From assembly GCA_024638655.1 (NCBI GenBank), contig JAHEJW010000005.1, positions 30,155 through 94,154 on the forward strand: 64,000 nucleotides of DNA. Direction: 5' to 3'. A program made the position numbers and the translations under genes. A model generated the notes under the pieces. That model did not search any database. It was not told the DNA's origin and was given only the letters and a program-made list of their open reading frames with translations. Below are positions 61,466 through 64,000 of the stretch, one piece after another. Position 1 is the first letter of the stretch; each line of letters starts with the position of its first letter. This stretch comes from a bacterium. Its GTDB lineage: Bacteria > Actinomycetota > Acidimicrobiia > Spongiisociales > ZC4RG35.

Positions 61466-62248
61466 TTGTCGGCAAGCTCGGTTACCTTCAAACTCGTGGC
61501 CGAAGACCCTTCTCCGGAAACGTCGCAACGTCCCGTTTGGGCCCGCGGTTGGGTGGTGGCTGTCAGTCTGCTCGCCGGCCTCGTAGCGATCGGGCTCCTG
61601 TTGCCCGGGGATACGGCCGACGACGACCCCCTTGCCACGCCCACCACCGACTCGGCGGCCTCAACTACCGATGGAGACACGAGTCCCGCCGACCCGGGCA
61701 CCACCACCACGACCACCCTGGGCTATGAGGAGTTCACCCTCAGTGGAAGCGGGAGCGAGATGATCCCCTTCGCAGCGCCGGACGACCTCGCAACGGTCCT
61801 TCACATAACCCACGAGGGCCAATCGACCTTCATGGTCCAGACGCTCGATGCTGAGTCTGAGCCCATCGAGATGCTGGTCGACACCGAAGGCACATACGAG
61901 GGGTCTCGGGCCATCAATCTGATCGTGGGTGATGTGATATCCGGGATCGAGATAATCGCGGACGGGGACTGGGCGATCACCGCCACTTACCTGGGCAGCT
62001 TGGACCGGAACCTCGACGAGGCGTCAGGGAAGGGCGACGACGTCGTTCTCATGGACATATCCAGCCCGGCGATGAGCATCAGCCACAACGGAGAATCGGA
62101 CTTCTCGGTGTTCATGTGGAGCTTCGAGAGTCAGGGGTTCTTGATCCAAGCTTCCGGATCGGTCGACAGAACCGTGCCGGTGGCGATGGGTGGAGCCGTT
62201 ATCGAGATACGTGCCGACGGCAGCTGGCGGCTCTCGACACGGGGCTGA
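61466..62248 (+). CDS. hypothetical signal-anchored secreted protein with Thr/Asp-rich linker
   Basis: 260 aa; N-terminal TM (VVAVSLLAGLVAIGLLL), TTTTTLGYEE linker, beta-rich C-terminal domain. Confidence 0.45.
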   Translation: MSASSVTFKLVAEDPSPETSQRPVWARGWVVAVSLLAGLVAIGLLLPGDTADDDPLATPTTDSAASTTDGDTSPADPGTTTTTTLGYEEFTLSGSGSEMIPFAAPDDLATVLHITHEGQSTFMVQTLDAESEPIEMLVDTEGTYEGSRAINLIVGDVISGIEIIADGDWAITATYLGSLDRNLDEASGKGDDVVLMDISSPAMSISHNGESDFSVFMWSFESQGFLIQASGSVDRTVPVAMGGAVIEIRADGSWRLSTRG

Positions 62249-62282
62249 GACAGCTCCGCATCCTCCTACAATCCAGATCGCC

Positions 62283-62354
62283 GCCCCCGTAGCTCAGGGG
62301 ATAGAGCACCGGCCTCCGGAGCCGGGTGCGCAGGTTCGAATCCTGCCGGGGGCG
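62283..62354 (+). tRNA. tRNA-Arg (anticodon CCG)
   Basis: Cloverleaf: acceptor GCCCCCG/CGGGGGC, D-stem GCTC/GAGC, anticodon stem CCGGC/GCCGG with loop CTCCGGA, T-arm GCAGG-TTCGAAT-CCTGC; discriminator G, CCA not encoded. Confidence 0.85.
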
Positions 62355-62411
62355 CGAGTGCCGATGGGCGGCACATTGGTTTCGGGCCTCCCCGTCAAGG
62401 AAGGAACAGCC

Positions 62412-62864
62412 ATGTCGGTTTGGTTCGAAGGTTCCATCGGAATCGAAAGCGACATCGAACAGGTCAGGCTGGCGCTCGACGATCACGGCAAGCTCTATGC
62501 CGGGATCGTCAGCCTGATGCCGGGCCTGACCGACGTCGAACTGGTGGGCCAGGGGGATAACACCGCGACCATCAGAACAAACGAAGGCTTGATGAAACGG
62601 ACGAACATCTCGAAACAATCTGACGCTGGTCGAGTTGTCGCGGTGTTCGACGAGACATACGAAGCCGGATCGAAAGTCACCACGAACTCGCACTTCTCCG
62701 AAGAATTCACCGCAGGTGACACCGGAGTGACGTACCGCCTCACCATCAGCGACGTCGAGTCTCCGGGAGTCTTGGGCTTCTTCTACAAGACGTTCGGCAA
62801 CTCCAAGACCGGGACTGCTTTCTTGACCGCCTACAAGACCTACTTCGAGAAGAGCCAAGGCTGA
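62412..62864 (+). CDS. hypothetical protein (possibly SRPBCC-like)
   Basis: 150 aa from ATG 62412 after AAGGAA; ORF-track version (from 62190) runs through the tRNA and is rejected. Confidence 0.5.
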   Translation: MSVWFEGSIGIESDIEQVRLALDDHGKLYAGIVSLMPGLTDVELVGQGDNTATIRTNEGLMKRTNISKQSDAGRVVAVFDETYEAGSKVTTNSHFSEEFTAGDTGVTYRLTISDVESPGVLGFFYKTFGNSKTGTAFLTAYKTYFEKSQG

Positions 62865-62962
62865 ACCAGACGCCCGGGATCTCGACCCCTCATTCGAGAA
62901 ATCCCGAGCTGGGCCTTTGACCAACGACCCGGGTCAAGATTCGAGGGCCTTCTGGCCGATAC

Positions 62963-63118
62963 ATGTTCATGACGCGGTCACTAGCAGCCATCCGAGCCTC
63001 CACCTGGGGCTCGATGACCAACGAACAACGCCGGACGGCGCTCTGGGGCATTGGCCTGACCCTCCTCAACCTCGCGGTCGTCGTCTTCATCATGATGGTG
63101 GCTGCCAGCCAGGGCTGA
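62963..63118 (+). CDS. possible small single-TM protein (51 aa)
   Basis: MFMTRSLAAIRASTWGSMTNEQRRTALWGIGLTLLNLAVVVFIMMVAASQG; below ORF-track size cutoff; weak. Confidence 0.2.
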   Translation: MFMTRSLAAIRASTWGSMTNEQRRTALWGIGLTLLNLAVVVFIMMVAASQG

Positions 63119-63196
63119 CGGTCGCTCGCAACTGGAGCTCGGGACTGGCGATCCAGCCGACCGAAGCCCCACTCCTCCGATACGATCTGCGAGCTG

Positions 63197-63694
63197 ATGG
63201 GTAGCTCTGCATCCGCACATCCATTTCGCCTGGCGGTGGCGTGGCTCTCGACCTTCGTCCTCGCACTGGGCGCCGCCCTGTTCCTCTTCTCCCTGGGACT
63301 GATCGTTCTCGAAGCAGTCATCTGGCCAACGGCCACCCTGGCCACCTCGGTTATTGCAGCCCTGGCGGCTTCGTCTCTGTCCGACTGGGCCATGGGCGAC
63401 GGGACCCGGGCATGGATGTCGGAGGTGGCTCGACGAAATCTGGCGTGGGCGCTCATTCCCGCCTTGCTGATCCTCCTATTCCCACTCCTCATCGGGCAGC
63501 TGCGGCTGATCTGGTGGATTGGCCTCGTTGCGATCTACACCACTGCCGCGGGCACCTACTTCGCTTCGCGTTTGCGCGGCCCGGCTCAGGAGAGCAAGCG
63601 TCTCAGAACTGCTGTTGCCTGGCTCGGTGGCACGATCGCAGGCGTCATCGCAATCATCTTCGTGGCCTCCCTCTTCGGGCTCACTGGCGCCTGA
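63197..63694 (+). CDS. hypothetical integral membrane protein (4-5 TM)
   Basis: 165 aa, hydrophobic helices. Confidence 0.4.
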   Translation: MGSSASAHPFRLAVAWLSTFVLALGAALFLFSLGLIVLEAVIWPTATLATSVIAALAASSLSDWAMGDGTRAWMSEVARRNLAWALIPALLILLFPLLIGQLRLIWWIGLVAIYTTAAGTYFASRLRGPAQESKRLRTAVAWLGGTIAGVIAIIFVASLFGLTGA

Positions 63695-63698
63695 GAGA

Positions 63699-63989
63699 TC
63701 AGATCCCGATACGGCGCACCAACTCCTCGCCCCGTGGGGAAAGCTCGTAGCCGGGAGAGTGGCTGATGGTCAGCCCCATCTCCTTGAGCTGTCGCACTCG
63801 CCTTTTGAAGAGCTGCTTCTCGACCCCCGCAGCCTTTGCCAGGGTCTCGGCAAGCACGTGGGGGTTGTCTCCGATCAACCGCAGGTAATCATGAGTCCAA
63901 GGCCCGGACTTCGAGCGGTGATCGAGCACCTCCAGCTTCTGGGAGGCGGTATCCAGCTCGTGCTGGTCGAATTCTCTCCGGGAGCGCAA
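63699..63989 (-). CDS. small winged-helix DNA-binding protein, hypothetical regulator
   Basis: 96 aa; ...LAETLAKAAGVEKQLFKRRVRQLKEMGLTISHSPGYELSPRGEELVRRIGI. Confidence 0.45.
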   Translation of the reverse strand: MRSRREFDQHELDTASQKLEVLDHRSKSGPWTHDYLRLIGDNPHVLAETLAKAAGVEKQLFKRRVRQLKEMGLTISHSPGYELSPRGEELVRRIGI

Positions 63990-64000
63990 CTCGACTCGAG

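Noticed and set aside
62355-64000. Genomic island integrated at tRNA-Arg
   Set aside because: No integrase, no direct repeat of the tRNA 3' end and no obvious GC shift is visible before the window ends. It remains only a low-interest note in the findings.

Overview
This is a high-GC (roughly two-thirds G+C), gene-dense chromosomal segment with actinobacterial character. The evidence is the conserved block thrC-rho-rpmE-DUF1385-prfA-prmC-tsaC...atpZIBEFHAGDC, a Rho with an RG-rich N-terminal insertion, frequent 4-nt ATGA/GTGA gene overlaps and many GTG/TTG starts. Clade assignment beyond 'actinobacterium' is inference only. I count about 75 protein genes and one tRNA-Arg(CCG), and I found no CRISPR array, IS element, integrase or phage genes.

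Recognisable content:
- rpiB (partial, runs off the window start), metG, a Ni-type superoxide dismutase sodN with a divergent sodX maturation-peptidase gene, an amidase, korAB (2-oxoglutarate:ferredoxin oxidoreductase) and argGH.
- An Fe3+/thiamine-type ABC importer.
- paaABCDE phenylacetyl-CoA epoxidase genes with a co-transcribed TetR regulator.
- metY-hydrolase-metA, two two-component systems (OmpR-type and NarL-type), SppA, an ABC-F ATPase and a complete F1Fo ATP synthase operon.
- glyA, tsaC, prmC, prfA, rpmE, rho and thrC.

Most interesting observations:
1. A single ORF fusing the SodX S26-type Ni-SOD maturation peptidase to an AlkA-like HhH-GPD DNA glycosylase, next to a sodN whose Ni-hook reads HCDLYCGVY rather than the canonical HCDLPCGVY.
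2. A membrane-anchored surface protein whose mature N-terminus (CSC...C68...C94) copies the N-TIMP/NTR metalloproteinase-inhibitor Cys framework and is fused to a beta-propeller.
3. A NarL-type signalling locus containing a multi-TM histidine kinase, an accessory membrane protein wedged between HK and RR, and a divergently transcribed standalone paralogue of the kinase's membrane sensor domain (shared ...IPSGR...RWRW... motif). A TTGGTGCCAGCACCAA palindrome plus a repeated half-site lies in the shared promoter.
4. Several candidate operators: an 18-bp perfect palindrome upstream of paaA; a perfect CRP/GlxR-type TGTGA-N6-TCACA site upstream of the atp operon; a 20-bp palindrome overlapping the arsR start codon; and a palindrome inside a TTGACA-N17 promoter that appears to drive a leaderless padR.

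Many ORFs in the supplied track are antisense shadow ORFs or carry spurious N-terminal extensions, which I have trimmed where the sequence supports it.
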